From NCBI RefSeq assembly GCF_000026545.1, contig NC_011601.1: a stretch of DNA of 64,000 bases. The stretch is one strand, 5' to 3'. This stretch comes from Escherichia coli O127:H6 str. E2348/69 (lineage in GTDB: Bacteria; Pseudomonadota; Gammaproteobacteria; Enterobacterales; Enterobacteriaceae). Shown in pieces: positions 43,735 to 55,542 of this stretch. The notes below the pieces were generated by a model, which was not told the DNA's origin, searched no databases, and worked only from the letters and a program-made list of their open reading frames with translations. Position 1 is the first letter of the stretch. Each line of letters begins with the position of its first letter. Both the position numbers and the translations under genes were made by a program.

Positions 43735-45374
43735 TCACTCACTCTCCTGCAAGTTTGCAGAATATCATCCGCAGCCTGGTAATACTTCGTCTCAACGCCA
43801 GTCAGGCCCAATAAGGTTGAGAATAAATTGTCTTGTGAATAGTGTTGCGTTTGCGCCTGTTTTTGCAGGCAGTTCTGGTCAACCTGATACCGTTTTTGAT
43901 AATCCTCCGATAGCCACAGCAGCATCGGTACCTGTTTTTGGCTATCCGGGGCGATGGCATAAGGCAGACCGTGCAGATAGATGCCATTTTCACCTAACGA
44001 TTCACCGTGGTCAGAAAGATAAACCAGGCTGGTGGTAAATTTATCCTGATGTTCTTTCAGCAGATTAATCGCTTTATCAACAATATAGTCGACGTAAACC
44101 AGCGTGTTGTCGTAAGTGTTCACCAGTTGCTCTTGGGTACAGGTCTGGATCTCGTTAGTGTCGCAGGTTGGGGTAAATTTCCTGAACTGCGGCGGATAGC
44201 GGTTGTAATAGGTCGGGCCGTGGCTGCCGATGGTGTGTAAGACAATCACGCCATCACCCTGCAGGTTATTGATGTAATCTTCCAGCCCGTGGAACAGCAC
44301 TTCATCATAGCATTCGCCGTTGATGCACTGACCAGGCAGGTTCAGCGCGGTGACGTTCTGGTGAGGTACGCGATCGCAAACGCCTTTACAGCCGCCATCG
44401 TTGTCATTCCACAGCACGTTGATGCCCGCTCGCTGAATGATATCCAGCACGCCTTCCTGGTGCTGTGCCAGCTCTTCTTTGTAGTGCTCACGCGGCATAT
44501 CCGAGAACATGCACGGCACTGAGACGGCTGTTGCTGTGCCACAAGATGCGGTATTAGGGAAATAGACCACGTTATCTTTTGCCAGGCGAGGATTGGTTTC
44601 GCGTGGATAACCATTCAGCGAGAAATTCTCTGCGCGCGACGTTTCTCCGACGATCAAAATGGTCAGGTTTTTGCGTTTCCCATTTTGCATTAATGGGTTG
44701 CGGTGAGCATCTTCACCAATGCGTATCAGTGGCAGGTTGGCTGACCGCTGGTGAGAGTACCACGACCAGCTAGCAACAATGCTGTTGGACGGGCTTAAGG
44801 ATTTCACCAGTTCTTTGTTGTTGCGAAACAGCGAGGCATAGTCTTTGTAGAACAGTGCGGCAACCAGCAGAATCAGCAGTACAGAAATCAGGATGTTGGC
44901 CCCGCGGAAAAGAACGCTGCGCAGGCGTGAGGTGGTGGATTTGATTTTGATCCAGCAGGCAATAATCGCGGCCAACACGCCACTTAACCCCAGCGTTAAT
45001 AACATTCGTGGCGTCATCAACGCATAACTTTCCGCCGGCGTAGTATCAATGATATTGGTGATCATTGAACGGTCGATGACGATGCCATAGGTCATGATGA
45101 AATATTGTGCAGCCGCACCGACCAGAATAAACAGGCAGGCGAGTGGACGATTAAGCCATAAGAAAGAGCCTAGTGTCAGGACAATATTAATCACGCTGAA
45201 TGCGACGACCGGCATCGACAAGAAAACCAGCACGTTATGCAGTGAATCCAGCGGTAACACCTGTAGCACCTGTTTAAAAAAGGCGATATTCAGGCAGACT
45301 GAGATATAAAAAGTAGCAAGTAATAACCAGGAGAATAAATTTAAAGAGGGTCTTTTTAGTAGGCGCTTCAACAT
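43731..45374 (-). CDS. eptA: Lipid A phosphoethanolamine transferase
   Basis: Start at [10 protein letters not shown] (track extends 15 codons); N-terminal TM helices plus sulfatase-like domain. Confidence 0.9.
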   Translation of the reverse strand: MLKRLLKRPSLNLFSWLLLATFYISVCLNIAFFKQVLQVLPLDSLHNVLVFLSMPVVAFSVINIVLTLGSFLWLNRPLACLFILVGAAAQYFIMTYGIVIDRSMITNIIDTTPAESYALMTPRMLLTLGLSGVLAAIIACWIKIKSTTSRLRSVLFRGANILISVLLILLVAALFYKDYASLFRNNKELVKSLSPSNSIVASWSWYSHQRSANLPLIRIGEDAHRNPLMQNGKRKNLTILIVGETSRAENFSLNGYPRETNPRLAKDNVVYFPNTASCGTATAVSVPCMFSDMPREHYKEELAQHQEGVLDIIQRAGINVLWNDNDGGCKGVCDRVPHQNVTALNLPGQCINGECYDEVLFHGLEDYINNLQGDGVIVLHTIGSHGPTYYNRYPPQFRKFTPTCDTNEIQTCTQEQLVNTYDNTLVYVDYIVDKAINLLKEHQDKFTTSLVYLSDHGESLGENGIYLHGLPYAIAPDSQKQVPMLLWLSEDYQKRYQVDQNCLQKQAQTQHYSQDNLFSTLLGLTGVETKYYQAADDILQTCRRVSE

Positions 45375-45420
45375 CACGGTGTTTCCATCGAACAAAGTGC
45401 GCATATGCTCGCAAAGCAAA

Positions 45421-45437
45421 ATTAAGCCAACCTTAAG
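45421..45437 (-). promoter_or_regulatory. PmrA (BasR) box of the eptA-basRS promoter
   Basis: Minus-strand CTTAAGGTTGGCTTAAT, ~47 nt upstream of the chosen eptA ATG. Confidence 0.7.
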
Positions 45438-45477
45438 TTCTTAAGGTTGGCTTTTATGTTTGCTTGATTAAGGGGAA

Positions 45478-46815
45478 TTAATCTTTGCTTATTGGTGCAT
45501 CTAAGGGATACGGGTTTTTATGCAGCCGGTTGTAATTCAGCGCATACATGGCGGTGATTACCATCAGAGTGACAAATGACCACATAACCTCTTTCGCGCC
45601 GGACCCTACTACGGCCCAGATGCAGTAGAGGAAGGCAATGGTAGTAACTGCCAGGTATGCCGGGCGTGCTTTACCAAAGTGACCGTGGCCGAGCAGCAGT
45701 AACGCCGCACAGGTGTAAAGATATGGCACCAGTGTAAAGATGACCGACACGGAAGAAACCAGACCGAATTCTTTGGTCGCGTTTGGCGAAATGCTACTGA
45801 GCTGGAAGATGGTCATCAAAATACCGACGATAATCAGCCCCGCCACTGGCGTGCCCGCTTTATTTACACGGGCAAAAATCGGTGGGAACAGTCCGTCATC
45901 GGCAGCGGCTTTCGCCGTTTGACCCGCCAGCAACGTCCAGCCGCCCAGTGAACCTAAGCAACCCGCAGCTGCGCAGAAGGAAACAATGGCCCCGGCGGTG
46001 TCACCCAACGCCATCCGTGCGGCATCACCGAATGGCGAAGCAGAAACGCGCAGTGCGGCATTAGGGATCATCCCCATAATCGCGGTGGTAGAAAGTACAT
46101 AGCAAACGGCAGCAATCAATACCCCGCCAATGGTGGCGATAGGGACGTTGCGTTTCGGGTTTTTCACCACACCTGCGGCAACGGAGGCACTTTCCACACC
46201 GATGAACGACCACAGCGTAACGTTAAGGGTACTTTGAATCGCACCGAAGGTGCCCAGACCGCTGACGTTCCATGCCGCCATATAGGTTTCACCACGGAAC
46301 CAGAACCAGCCAAATACGGCAATCCCGACGATGGGGATCAGCGCCAGCACGGTAGCAACGGCCTGTACGCGGGTGATCATTTTCGGACCGACAATGTTCA
46401 GCAGGACGAAGATCCACAGCACCACGACGCAGGTGATGGTTAATACCAATGGGTCTTTCAGAATCGGGAAGAAGTAACTTAAATATCCTACGCCAATGAC
46501 CACCATGGCGATATTGCCGATCCAGCAGGCCAGCCAGTAGAGGACGTTGGTTTGATAACCGAGAAACGGGCCAAAGCAGCGGCAGGCGTAAGCGTAAGAA
46601 CCACCAGGACTTGGGTCGAGGAACGACATTTTGGCGTATACCATCGAGAGCCCCAGCGCACCGATAATCGTCACCAACCATCCATAAATGGCAATCCCGC
46701 CAGTGGAGGCCAGGTTTGCAGGTAACAGAAAAACACCTGACCCCATAATATTCCCCGACACCATCAGGGTGACGGGGATTAAGCCCACTTTGTGAGCATC
46801 AGCATCCGAAGACAT
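45478..46815 (-). CDS. adiC: Arginine:agmatine antiporter
   Basis: 445 aa APC-family transporter. Confidence 0.93.
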   Translation of the reverse strand: MSSDADAHKVGLIPVTLMVSGNIMGSGVFLLPANLASTGGIAIYGWLVTIIGALGLSMVYAKMSFLDPSPGGSYAYACRCFGPFLGYQTNVLYWLACWIGNIAMVVIGVGYLSYFFPILKDPLVLTITCVVVLWIFVLLNIVGPKMITRVQAVATVLALIPIVGIAVFGWFWFRGETYMAAWNVSGLGTFGAIQSTLNVTLWSFIGVESASVAAGVVKNPKRNVPIATIGGVLIAAVCYVLSTTAIMGMIPNAALRVSASPFGDAARMALGDTAGAIVSFCAAAGCLGSLGGWTLLAGQTAKAAADDGLFPPIFARVNKAGTPVAGLIIVGILMTIFQLSSISPNATKEFGLVSSVSVIFTLVPYLYTCAALLLLGHGHFGKARPAYLAVTTIAFLYCIWAVVGSGAKEVMWSFVTLMVITAMYALNYNRLHKNPYPLDAPISKD

Positions 46816-46951
46816 AATTAAACTCCTGCGAAGGCGAGCTTCGTGACAATAAATTACGTCGTATCATACGCCTGCATTCGATAGTTGAATTATTATCGGC
46901 CGGGTTATCGCTGATGCCGTTATTAATATAGCTCTTCGTTAAGGTTAAAAA

Positions 46952-47713
46952 TCAGGCGACAGTGCGTTCTCTGTGCTGACTAACATAATGCAGCGGCGTC
47001 ATACCGTAGAAGTCTTTAAAGACAGAAATAAAGTACGACGTACTGTTGTAGCCGCAGGACTGTGATACCTGAGAGATATTTTTACCGTCCATCATTAATT
47101 CATTTACGGCATAACGCATGCGGCAGGTGGTGATTATTTGGCTATAACTGGTGTTTTCGCTTTTCAGCTTTTTCTTTAACAGACTTGGGCTAAGACATAA
47201 ACAACTGGCTACCATACTAAGATTCCAGTCTTTGTGGATATCGCTTTCAATAATTTGATAAACGCTGTCACTTACACAATTACGTAACATATACATCATT
47301 AGTGAAAGGAATTTTTTACTGTCGAGAAAACGGGATAGCACAGTGAATAATAATGCACGTGTTCGTTCCTTTTCTGACTCAGTTTCAGCGGGCATCATGC
47401 TATGTTGCGCGGCAACGCGAAAGACGTCTGGCGTCAGGCATGGCAGGGTGAGGATGGGCGTAGCGCTACGTTGCCATACTGGTATTTGCGAGAGATCTTT
47501 ATTCAGAAACCGGAGGTAATCTTTGATGATGTCGTGACTAATATGAGCAACCAAAGTGTTATTAAGAGAGGAGACGTCGATAATATTATTTTCACAATTT
47601 AATAACGCCATGTGGTTAGCTTTAAGGCTAATAGGTTCTTTCCCATTCACCCTTATCCAGACATCTTTTTCAGTCAATAAAACAATACAAGGTTGGTCGC
47701 TGCAAATCCTCAT
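46952..47713 (-). CDS. adiY: AraC-family regulator of the adi system
   Basis: 253 aa with C-terminal AraC-type HTH. Confidence 0.9.
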   Translation of the reverse strand: MRICSDQPCIVLLTEKDVWIRVNGKEPISLKANHMALLNCENNIIDVSSLNNTLVAHISHDIIKDYLRFLNKDLSQIPVWQRSATPILTLPCLTPDVFRVAAQHSMMPAETESEKERTRALLFTVLSRFLDSKKFLSLMMYMLRNCVSDSVYQIIESDIHKDWNLSMVASCLCLSPSLLKKKLKSENTSYSQIITTCRMRYAVNELMMDGKNISQVSQSCGYNSTSYFISVFKDFYGMTPLHYVSQHRERTVA

Positions 47714-48036
47714 ACATGTACTCCTGAGTGCGAATAAAAGACCAGTTCTCGCTAAAGCAAAGCGATACCGGGAAATGGTTATATAATTGTATGATGAATA
47801 TAAACATGCATAAAAATAACGAGTTTTACTAATATTACAAATTTTTATAGTAATTTCTCATGTACATATTTTTTTACAGGGTAAATAACAGGCAAAAAAA
47901 GCGCGGGGTGGGACCGCGCAAAAAGCATGACATTTTTTGTTTGCAGCAATTTTTATGAAAACGTTGCCATACTTAAAAGGCCTCAAGCCATGCGGCGTAA
48001 TGTTATTTAACAATTACGCCTTCAGCGGAATAGTGG

Positions 48037-50307
48037 TTACGCTTTCACACACATAACGTGGTAAATACCGTCAATAATTTCTGTCCCTTCTGTTTCGTGT
48101 TCAAATCCAGGGAAATGATGGTCCCAGGATTGCAGCGAGCGTAAATAACTTACTTGCGGACTGTTTTTATCGCCGAAGTTTTCACCAGACAGCAGCATCG
48201 GGATTCCTGGCGGATACGGGATAACTGAGTTTGCCGCGATACGTCCTGGCAGATTTTCAATGGATACCAGTTCGACATTGTTGTCGACAATCGCGTTGTA
48301 CGCTTCACGCGGGGTGATTTCCGCCACCGGCAGGCCGGAATAGGCTTCATTCAACCGTGCGCCAGGGTTGTTTTCTTTCAGCCAGGCAAACATGGTGTCA
48401 CCCAGATCGTGAATCCCCATGTTCGCGTAAGTGTCAGGATATTGTTCAACAAGTTCCGGCATCACCTGCGCCAGCGGTGTGTTGGCATCATAGTGGCGTT
48501 TGAAGGAGCAAAGGGTGTTAACCAGAGTTCCCCATTTCCCACGGGTCACGCCCATAGAGAACAGGAACATAATCTGGAAGTCAGTGGTACGGGTAGGCAC
48601 AATGCCGTGGCGACCAAGCCAGGCTGTGACCAGCGCCGCCGGAACACCGGTTTCTTCCAGTTCACCATCTTCACCCATTCCCGGAGCAAGGATGCTGACT
48701 TTAATCGGGTCGAGCATACTCCAGTTATCCGGAATATCTTTGAAGCCGTGCCAGCTTTCGCCCGGATGCATGACCCAGCAGTCCTGAACGGTGGTCAGCA
48801 GTTTGGTTGGTGCGTCAGCAAAGTCATAGGTTTTGCCGGTTTGTGGGTCGGTGACGACTTCTTTGTTCCACGGTTTGAAGAACCAGCTACCGTCAGCGGT
48901 GAACTCTTTATACAGCCGCGCCATCGCCTGACGGAAATCAACCGCTTCGTCGATCACTTCCTGAGTCAGTGACAGGCCGCTGTTGCCGTCCATCATCGAC
49001 ACCGCCACGTCGTTGGATGCGCAGATGGCATACAGCGGGGAGGTGGTGGCATGCATCATGTAGGCCTGGTTGAAGCGGGAGAAGTTAATCGCCCCACGAC
49101 CTTCACGTACATGAATATAAGAGGCCTGTGACAGCGCATTCAGCAGTTTGTGGGTGGAGTGGGTGGCGAAAACGGTAGGGCCGTTGTGATCGCCAGGTTC
49201 GCCGCGCATGGCATAGTGATCGGCATAGATCGGGTTGAAACGTGCATAGCCGTACCAGGCTTCGTCAAAGTGCAGACGATCGGAGGTTTTTTCCAGCAGA
49301 TCCTGCGCTTCTTTAGCGTTATAACACACGCCGTCATAGGTGCAGTTGGTCACCACGCAGTAAGACGGTTTTTGCCCGGCTTTGTCTTTAGTCAGCGGGC
49401 TTTCATTGATTTTCTTCTGCAAGGTTTCAGGTTGCATTTCCTGCGGATAGATTGGCCCGATAATGCCGTAGCGGTTGCGGCTTGGCACCATGTAGACCGG
49501 TTTCGCGCCGGTCAGCATCAAGCCTTGTTCGATGGATTTATGGCAGTTACGGTCAACGACCACGACATCGTTATCGGTCATGCAAGCCTGCATGATGGTG
49601 CGGTTAGAGCCGGAAGTACCGACGACTACCGACCAGGAGCGATCGGCACCAAATACGCGTGCGGCATATTTTTCGCTTTCGCCAAATGCGCCAGTATGGT
49701 CAAGCAAAGAACCGAGGGAAGTGCGTTCGATGCCCATGTCGGTGCGGAACAGATTTTCACCATAATAGTCATGGTAGAAACGTCCGGCGGGTGTTTTGGT
49801 AAAACCAACGCCGCCCTGGTGGCCTGGCGCTGCCCAGGAATATTCATGGATGTCGCTATATTTCATCAGCGCGCTGAACAGTGGCGGCAACAGCTGCTGG
49901 CGGTAGCGGGTCATCGCGGCAACGGCGCGTCCGGCGATAAAGTCGGCGGTATCTTCCAGAATCCAGGCGAATTCATCGACAAGCTCCAGCAGATCCCGGT
50001 CCATTGCGGCGAGGGCTTTTTCCCGATCGCCCAACAGGAAGACCGGCACGTTTTGTTGGCGCTCATGAAGCTTACCGATCAATTGTCTGACGTTTTGATG
50101 TTCGTCCGGATGTTCCATTTGATAGCTGAACATCAGGCAGTCAATGGCTTCGTTTGAAGAGAGAATGGCAAAACCATCATCAAAGGAGGTGGATTTAATC
50201 ACGGTAACATTTTGCTGGCTTAAAGCATCTGCCAGACGCTCAACGGCGTTACCGACCCAGGTGTCTTGATGGAGAAACTCGCTTTCAACAATTAATACTT
50301 TCATCAT
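48037..50307 (-). CDS. adiA: Biodegradative (acid-inducible) arginine decarboxylase
   Basis: PLP-dependent Orn/Lys/Arg decarboxylase; track start MMKV, true start may be the second Met (50304). Confidence 0.93.
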   Translation of the reverse strand: MMKVLIVESEFLHQDTWVGNAVERLADALSQQNVTVIKSTSFDDGFAILSSNEAIDCLMFSYQMEHPDEHQNVRQLIGKLHERQQNVPVFLLGDREKALAAMDRDLLELVDEFAWILEDTADFIAGRAVAAMTRYRQQLLPPLFSALMKYSDIHEYSWAAPGHQGGVGFTKTPAGRFYHDYYGENLFRTDMGIERTSLGSLLDHTGAFGESEKYAARVFGADRSWSVVVGTSGSNRTIMQACMTDNDVVVVDRNCHKSIEQGLMLTGAKPVYMVPSRNRYGIIGPIYPQEMQPETLQKKINESPLTKDKAGQKPSYCVVTNCTYDGVCYNAKEAQDLLEKTSDRLHFDEAWYGYARFNPIYADHYAMRGEPGDHNGPTVFATHSTHKLLNALSQASYIHVREGRGAINFSRFNQAYMMHATTSPLYAICASNDVAVSMMDGNSGLSLTQEVIDEAVDFRQAMARLYKEFTADGSWFFKPWNKEVVTDPQTGKTYDFADAPTKLLTTVQDCWVMHPGESWHGFKDIPDNWSMLDPIKVSILAPGMGEDGELEETGVPAALVTAWLGRHGIVPTRTTDFQIMFLFSMGVTRGKWGTLVNTLCSFKRHYDANTPLAQVMPELVEQYPDTYANMGIHDLGDTMFAWLKENNPGARLNEAYSGLPVAEITPREAYNAIVDNNVELVSIENLPGRIAANSVIPYPPGIPMLLSGENFGDKNSPQVSYLRSLQSWDHHFPGFEHETEGTEIIDGIYHVMCVKA

Positions 50308-50502
50308 TGCTTACCCGGTTATGAAGGAATCTTCGTTGCGGGCAAGTATCTTCCGGCCTTTTCGGGCTGTAAAGGGCGTGAAAAACAAACATTTTTTGGA
50401 TATTTATTTTTATAAACAATACGTTATGTGATTATTTTAAATTATTTTCACTGCTTATTATCGACGGCTAAACTATTTTTTTGGCTGATACTGATATCGT
50501 CT

Positions 50503-51411
50503 TTAGCCGGGAAACGTCTGGCGGCGCTGTTGGCTAAGTTTGCGGTATTGTTGCGGCGACATGCCGACATATTTGCCGAACGTGCTGTAAAAACGGCTAC
50601 TCGAACGAAAGCCTGCCGTCAGGGCAATATCGAGAATACTTTTATCGGTATCGCTCAGTAACGCGCGAACGTGGTTGATGCGCATCGCGGTAATGTACTG
50701 TTTCATCGTCAATTGCATGACCCGCTGGAATATCCCCATTGCATAGTTGGCGTTAAGTTTGACGTGCTCAGCCACATCGTTGATGGTCAGCGCCTGATCA
50801 TAGTTTTCGGCAATAAAGCCCAGCATCTGGCTGACATAAAATTGCGCATGGCGCGAGACGCTGTTTTTGTGTGTGCGCGAGGTTTTGTTGACCAGAATCG
50901 GTTCCCAGCCAGAGAGGCTAAATCGCTTGAGCATCAGGCCAATTTCATCAATGGCGAGCTGGCGAATTTGCTCGTTCGGACTGTTTAATTCCTGCTGCCA
51001 GCGGCGCACTTCAAACGGGCTAAGTTGCTGTGTCGCCAGTGATTTGATCACCATGCCGTGAGTGACGTGGTTAATCAGGTCTTTATCCAGCGGCCAGGAG
51101 AGAAACAGATGCATCGGCAGATTAAAAATCGCCATGCTCTGACAGGTTCCGGTATCTGTTAGTTGGTGCGGTGTACAGGCCCAGAACAGCGTGATATGAC
51201 CCTGATTGATATTCACTTTTTCATTGTTGATCAGGTATTCCACATCGCCATCGAAAGGCACATTCACTTCGACCTGACCATGCCAGTGGCTGGTGGGCAT
51301 GATATGCGGTGCGCGAAACTCAATTTCCATCCGCTGGTATTCTGAATACAGCGACAGTGGGCTACGGGTCTGCTTTTCGTCGCTGCTGCACATAAACGTA
51401 TCTGTATTCAT
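50503..51411 (-). CDS. melR: Melibiose operon activator (AraC family)
   Basis: 302 aa; divergent from melA. Confidence 0.92.
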   Translation of the reverse strand: MNTDTFMCSSDEKQTRSPLSLYSEYQRMEIEFRAPHIMPTSHWHGQVEVNVPFDGDVEYLINNEKVNINQGHITLFWACTPHQLTDTGTCQSMAIFNLPMHLFLSWPLDKDLINHVTHGMVIKSLATQQLSPFEVRRWQQELNSPNEQIRQLAIDEIGLMLKRFSLSGWEPILVNKTSRTHKNSVSRHAQFYVSQMLGFIAENYDQALTINDVAEHVKLNANYAMGIFQRVMQLTMKQYITAMRINHVRALLSDTDKSILDIALTAGFRSSSRFYSTFGKYVGMSPQQYRKLSQQRRQTFPG

Positions 51412-51561
51412 GGATGACTCTCTTTCCTGGAATATCAGAATTATGGCAGGAGTGAGGGAGGATGACTGCGAGTGGGAACACGCTTTTCACCCTCTTCCCA
51501 CAGCGGAGAGGGGAGCGTCCGAGCATCATGAGGCCGAAAACTCTGCTTTTCAGGTAACTTA

Positions 51562-51615
51562 TTCCCATAAACTCAGATTTACTGCTGCTTCACGCAGGAT
51601 CTGAGTTTATGGGAA
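51562..51615. promoter_or_regulatory. Inverted pair of MelR-type operator sites in the melR/melA divergent promoter
   Basis: ttcccataaactcagat ... atctgagtttatgggaa, inverted copies with centers ~37 bp apart; assignment to MelR by position and known architecture. Confidence 0.55.
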
Positions 51616-51693
51616 TGCTCAACCTGGAAGCCGGAGGTTTTCTGCAGATTCGCCTGCCATGATGAAGTTATTCAAGCAAGCCAGGAGATCTGC

Positions 51694-53049
51694 ATGATGT
51701 CTGCACCCAAAATTACATTTATCGGCGCTGGTTCGACGATTTTCGTTAAAAATATTCTTGGTGATGTGTTCCATCGTGAGGCGCTGAAAACGGCGCATAT
51801 TGCCCTGATGGATATCGATCCCACCCGCCTGGAAGAGTCGCACATTGTGGTGCGTAAGCTGATGGATTCAGCAGGGGCCAGCGGCAAAATCACCTGCCAC
51901 ACCCAACAGAAAGAAGCCTTACAGGATGCCGATTTTGTGGTGGTGGCATTTCAGATTGGCGGTTATGAACCTTGCACGGTGACTGATTTCAAGGTCTGTA
52001 AGCGGCATGGTCTGGAACAAACCATTGCCGATACGCTGGGGCCGGGCGGCATTATGCGTGCGCTACGTACCATTCCGCACCTGTGGCAGATTTGCGAGGA
52101 CATGACGGAAGTCTGCCCCGATGCCACCATGCTCAACTATGTTAACCCAATGGCGATGAATACCTGGGCGATGTATGCACGCTATCCGCATATCAAGCAG
52201 GTAGGGCTGTGCCATTCGGTGCAGGGAACGGCGGAAGAGCTGGCGCGTGACCTCAATATCGATCCGGCTACGCTGCGTTACCGTTGCGCAGGTATCAACC
52301 ATATGGCGTTTTACCTGGAACTGGAGCGTAAAACCGCAGACGGTAGCTACGTGAATCTCTATCCTGAATTGCTGGCGGCTTATGAAGCAGGGCAGGCACC
52401 GAAGCCAAATATTCATGGTAATACTCGCTGCCAGAATATTGTGCGTTACGAAATGTTCAAAAAGCTGGGCTACTTCGTCACAGAATCGTCAGAACATTTT
52501 GCTGAGTACACACCGTGGTTTATTAAGCCAGGTCGTGAGGATTTGATTGAGCGTTATAAAGTACCGCTGGATGAGTACCCGAAACGCTGCGTCGAGCAGC
52601 TGGCGAACTGGCATAAAGAGCTGGAGGAGTATAAAAACGCCTCCCGGATTGATATTAAACCGTCACGGGAATATGCCAGCACAATCATGAACGCTATCTG
52701 GACTGGCGAGCCGAGTGTGATTTATGGCAATGTCCGTAACGATGGCTTGATTGATAACCTGCCACAAGGATGTTGCGTGGAAGTGGCCTGTCTGGTTGAT
52801 GCTAATGGCATTCAGCCGACCAAAGCCGGTACGCTACCTTCGCATCTGGCCGCCCTGATGCAAACCAACATCAACGTACAGACGCTGCTGACAGAAGCTA
52901 TTCTTACGGAAAATCGCGACCGTGTTTACCACGCCGCGATGATGGACCCGCATACTGCCGCCGTGCTGGGCATTGACGAAATATATGCTCTTGTTGACGA
53001 CCTGATTGCCGCCCACGGCGACTGGCTGCCAGGCTGGTTGCACCGTTAA
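51694..53049 (+). CDS. melA: Alpha-galactosidase (GH4, NAD/Mn-dependent)
   Basis: 451 aa; N-terminal Rossmann motif KITFIGAGS. Confidence 0.93.
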   Translation: MMSAPKITFIGAGSTIFVKNILGDVFHREALKTAHIALMDIDPTRLEESHIVVRKLMDSAGASGKITCHTQQKEALQDADFVVVAFQIGGYEPCTVTDFKVCKRHGLEQTIADTLGPGGIMRALRTIPHLWQICEDMTEVCPDATMLNYVNPMAMNTWAMYARYPHIKQVGLCHSVQGTAEELARDLNIDPATLRYRCAGINHMAFYLELERKTADGSYVNLYPELLAAYEAGQAPKPNIHGNTRCQNIVRYEMFKKLGYFVTESSEHFAEYTPWFIKPGREDLIERYKVPLDEYPKRCVEQLANWHKELEEYKNASRIDIKPSREYASTIMNAIWTGEPSVIYGNVRNDGLIDNLPQGCCVEVACLVDANGIQPTKAGTLPSHLAALMQTNINVQTLLTEAILTENRDRVYHAAMMDPHTAAVLGIDEIYALVDDLIAAHGDWLPGWLHR

Positions 53050-53696
53050 GGGGTAATCGCTTCCGGCGCTCTGGTGATTAAGCCAAAGCGCCGTAGCTGG
53101 CGGCAATGAAAGCGGGCGAGGAATATCACCGTCGTTAATGCGCCCAGTAGTGCGCAGAACATATCGGATTGCGTATCCCACGGGTCGCCTTGAGTACCGA
53201 GAAAATCATCTGCGCCCTGGCCCATTGCCAGCGCTGCCCACCACTCGATTAACTCATACATCGCGCTTATCGCCAGCGCGACACAACAGACCAAAAACGC
53301 CACCATTTTACGCCCGCGAACGTACATCCCGCGTACAAGGATCTCTCGTGCCACCAGTGCAGGCACCAGCCCCTGGAAAAAATGCCCCAGTTTGTCATAC
53401 GGATTACGGCTCAACCCCAGCCATTCCTGTACCTCAAAACCAACGGGGACTTTCGCGTAGGTGTATTGCCCGCCGACCATCAGGATGATGGCGTGAAAGA
53501 AAATGAGCGTATAGAGCAGCGGCGTTAACGGATAACGTTTAGCGGTGGCAAGCAGTAGCGGCACGACAATAATCACCGGTGTCACTTCCATCAGCCAGGT
53601 GAGTTTGTCATGGGCCGAAATGCCGGTATAAATCAGGATTAACGTTAGCGCCAGTGCGCCGGTGTTAAGAATTAACGGCTTGAGTGTGCGGGTCAT
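53046..53696 (-). CDS. yjdF: Inner membrane protein YjdF
   Basis: 216 aa polytopic membrane protein; stop codon overlaps the melA stop convergently; C-terminal tail may be junction-derived. Confidence 0.8.
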   Translation of the reverse strand: MTRTLKPLILNTGALALTLILIYTGISAHDKLTWLMEVTPVIIVVPLLLATAKRYPLTPLLYTLIFFHAIILMVGGQYTYAKVPVGFEVQEWLGLSRNPYDKLGHFFQGLVPALVAREILVRGMYVRGRKMVAFLVCCVALAISAMYELIEWWAALAMGQGADDFLGTQGDPWDTQSDMFCALLGALTTVIFLARFHCRQLRRFGLITRAPEAITP

Positions 53697-53818
53697 GGTG
53701 AGTTCGCAAGTCAGGGAAAATACTGACTATTGACCAGTAAGCGTGAAATTACAATCGCAAAAGAGGTGGCCCAGGGGGATCACCTGGCAGCATGCTGCCA
53801 GGCGCTGGGCCGAAGAGG

Positions 53819-55465
53819 TTACTTAGTGCAGTTCGCGCACTGTTTGTTGACGATCTGCTGGAAGAAGTCGTTACCTTTGTCATCGACCAGGATAAACGCC
53901 GGGAAATCTTCTACTTCGATTTTCCAGATAGCTTCCATACCCAGCTCCGGATAAGCGACGCATTCCAGATGCTTGATGCTCTGCTGCGCCAGTACCGCCG
54001 CCGGACCGCCGATACTACCGAGGTAGAAGCCGCCGTGTTTATGGCACGCGTCGGTAACCTGCTGACTGCGATTACCTTTCGCCAGCATGATCATGCTGCC
54101 GCCGTGGGATTGCAGCAGATCCACGTAGGAGTCCATACGACCTGCGGTGGTTGGGCCAAGTGAACCTGATGGATAACCGGCAGGCGTTTTCGCCGGACCC
54201 GCGTAGTAGATCGGGTGATCTTTGATGTACTGCGGCAGTTCTTTACCGGCGTCAATCAGCTCTTTCAGCTTGGCGTGTGCAATATCGCGACCCACGATAA
54301 TGGTGCCGGTGAGCGACAAGCGGGTGGATACCGGGTATTGCGAAAGCTGGGCAAGGATCTCTTTCATCGGGCGGTTAAGGTCGACTTTCACTGCTTCGCC
54401 TTCACCTGCCTGACGCAGTTCTTCTGGAATGTACTGGCCTGGATTGTGTTCCAGTTTTTCGATCCAGATACCTTCGCGGTTGATTTTCGCTTTAATGTTA
54501 CGGTCAGCGGAGCAGGAGACTCCCATGCCTACCGGGCAGGATGCGCCGTGACGTGGCAGACGGATAACGCGGATGTCGTGCGCGAAGTATTTACCGCCAA
54601 ACTGCGCGCCAAGACCGAGTTTCTGGGCCTCTTCCAGCAGTTCCTGTTCCAGCTGGATATCGCGGAACGCCTGACCATGTTCGTTCCCTTCCGTCGGCAG
54701 TTCATCGTAATAGTGAGCGCTTGCTAACTTGACGGTTTTCAGGTTGGTTTCCGCAGACGTACCGCCAATCACAAACGCGATATGGTACGGCGGGCAGGCT
54801 GCAGTACCGAGGGTACGCATTTTCTCGACGAGGAAGTTTTTCAGTTTGCCGGGCGTCAGCAGGGCTTTGGTTTCCTGGTAGAGATACGTTTTGTTGGCAG
54901 AGCCGCCGCCTTTAGCGACACAGAGGAATTTGTACTCATCGCCATCTACCGCGTACAGGTCGATTTGCGCAGGCAGGTTCGTGCCGGTGTTGACCTCTTT
55001 ATACATGTCCAGCGGCGCGTTCTGTGAATAGCGCAGGTTATCTTCGATATAGGTGTTATAGACGCCTTTCGACAGCGCTTCTTCATCACCGCCCCCGGTC
55101 CACACGCGCTGACCTTTTTTACCGACGATGATCGCGGTGCCGGTATCCTGGCAGGTCGGCAGCACGCCTTTGGCGGCGATTTCGGAGTTTCTTAAGAATT
55201 GCAGCGCCACGTACTTGTCGTTTTCGCTGGCTTCTGGATCGTGAAGAATAGCCGCAACCTGTTTCTGGTGTGCCGGGCGGAGCATGAAAGAAGCGTCGTG
55301 AAAGGCTTGCTGCGCCAGCAGGGTCAGGGCTTCTGGTTCCACTTTCAGGACGGTTTCGCCGTCGAAGTCGGCAACGCTAACGTAATCGGAAGTGAGTAGA
55401 TAGTATTCGGTATTGTCTTTCCCCATCGGGAAAGGTGCCTGGTAGATAAAGGGTTTGTTTGACAT
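53819..55465 (-). CDS. fumB: Class I (Fe-S) fumarate hydratase, anaerobic
   Basis: 548 aa. Confidence 0.95.
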   Translation of the reverse strand: MSNKPFIYQAPFPMGKDNTEYYLLTSDYVSVADFDGETVLKVEPEALTLLAQQAFHDASFMLRPAHQKQVAAILHDPEASENDKYVALQFLRNSEIAAKGVLPTCQDTGTAIIVGKKGQRVWTGGGDEEALSKGVYNTYIEDNLRYSQNAPLDMYKEVNTGTNLPAQIDLYAVDGDEYKFLCVAKGGGSANKTYLYQETKALLTPGKLKNFLVEKMRTLGTAACPPYHIAFVIGGTSAETNLKTVKLASAHYYDELPTEGNEHGQAFRDIQLEQELLEEAQKLGLGAQFGGKYFAHDIRVIRLPRHGASCPVGMGVSCSADRNIKAKINREGIWIEKLEHNPGQYIPEELRQAGEGEAVKVDLNRPMKEILAQLSQYPVSTRLSLTGTIIVGRDIAHAKLKELIDAGKELPQYIKDHPIYYAGPAKTPAGYPSGSLGPTTAGRMDSYVDLLQSHGGSMIMLAKGNRSQQVTDACHKHGGFYLGSIGGPAAVLAQQSIKHLECVAYPELGMEAIWKIEVEDFPAFILVDDKGNDFFQQIVNKQCANCTK

Positions 55466-55542
55466 AGCTTCCAGCCTGTAACTCTGTATTTGTTATTTGA
55501 AAATGGCGTGCCGCGTAGTTACGGGCGGCACGCAAAGTGCAT

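Noticed and set aside
49150-50157. 335-aa plus-strand ORF antisense to adiA
   Set aside because: Shadow ORF opposite a highly conserved decarboxylase gene; low-complexity R/G/A-rich translation.
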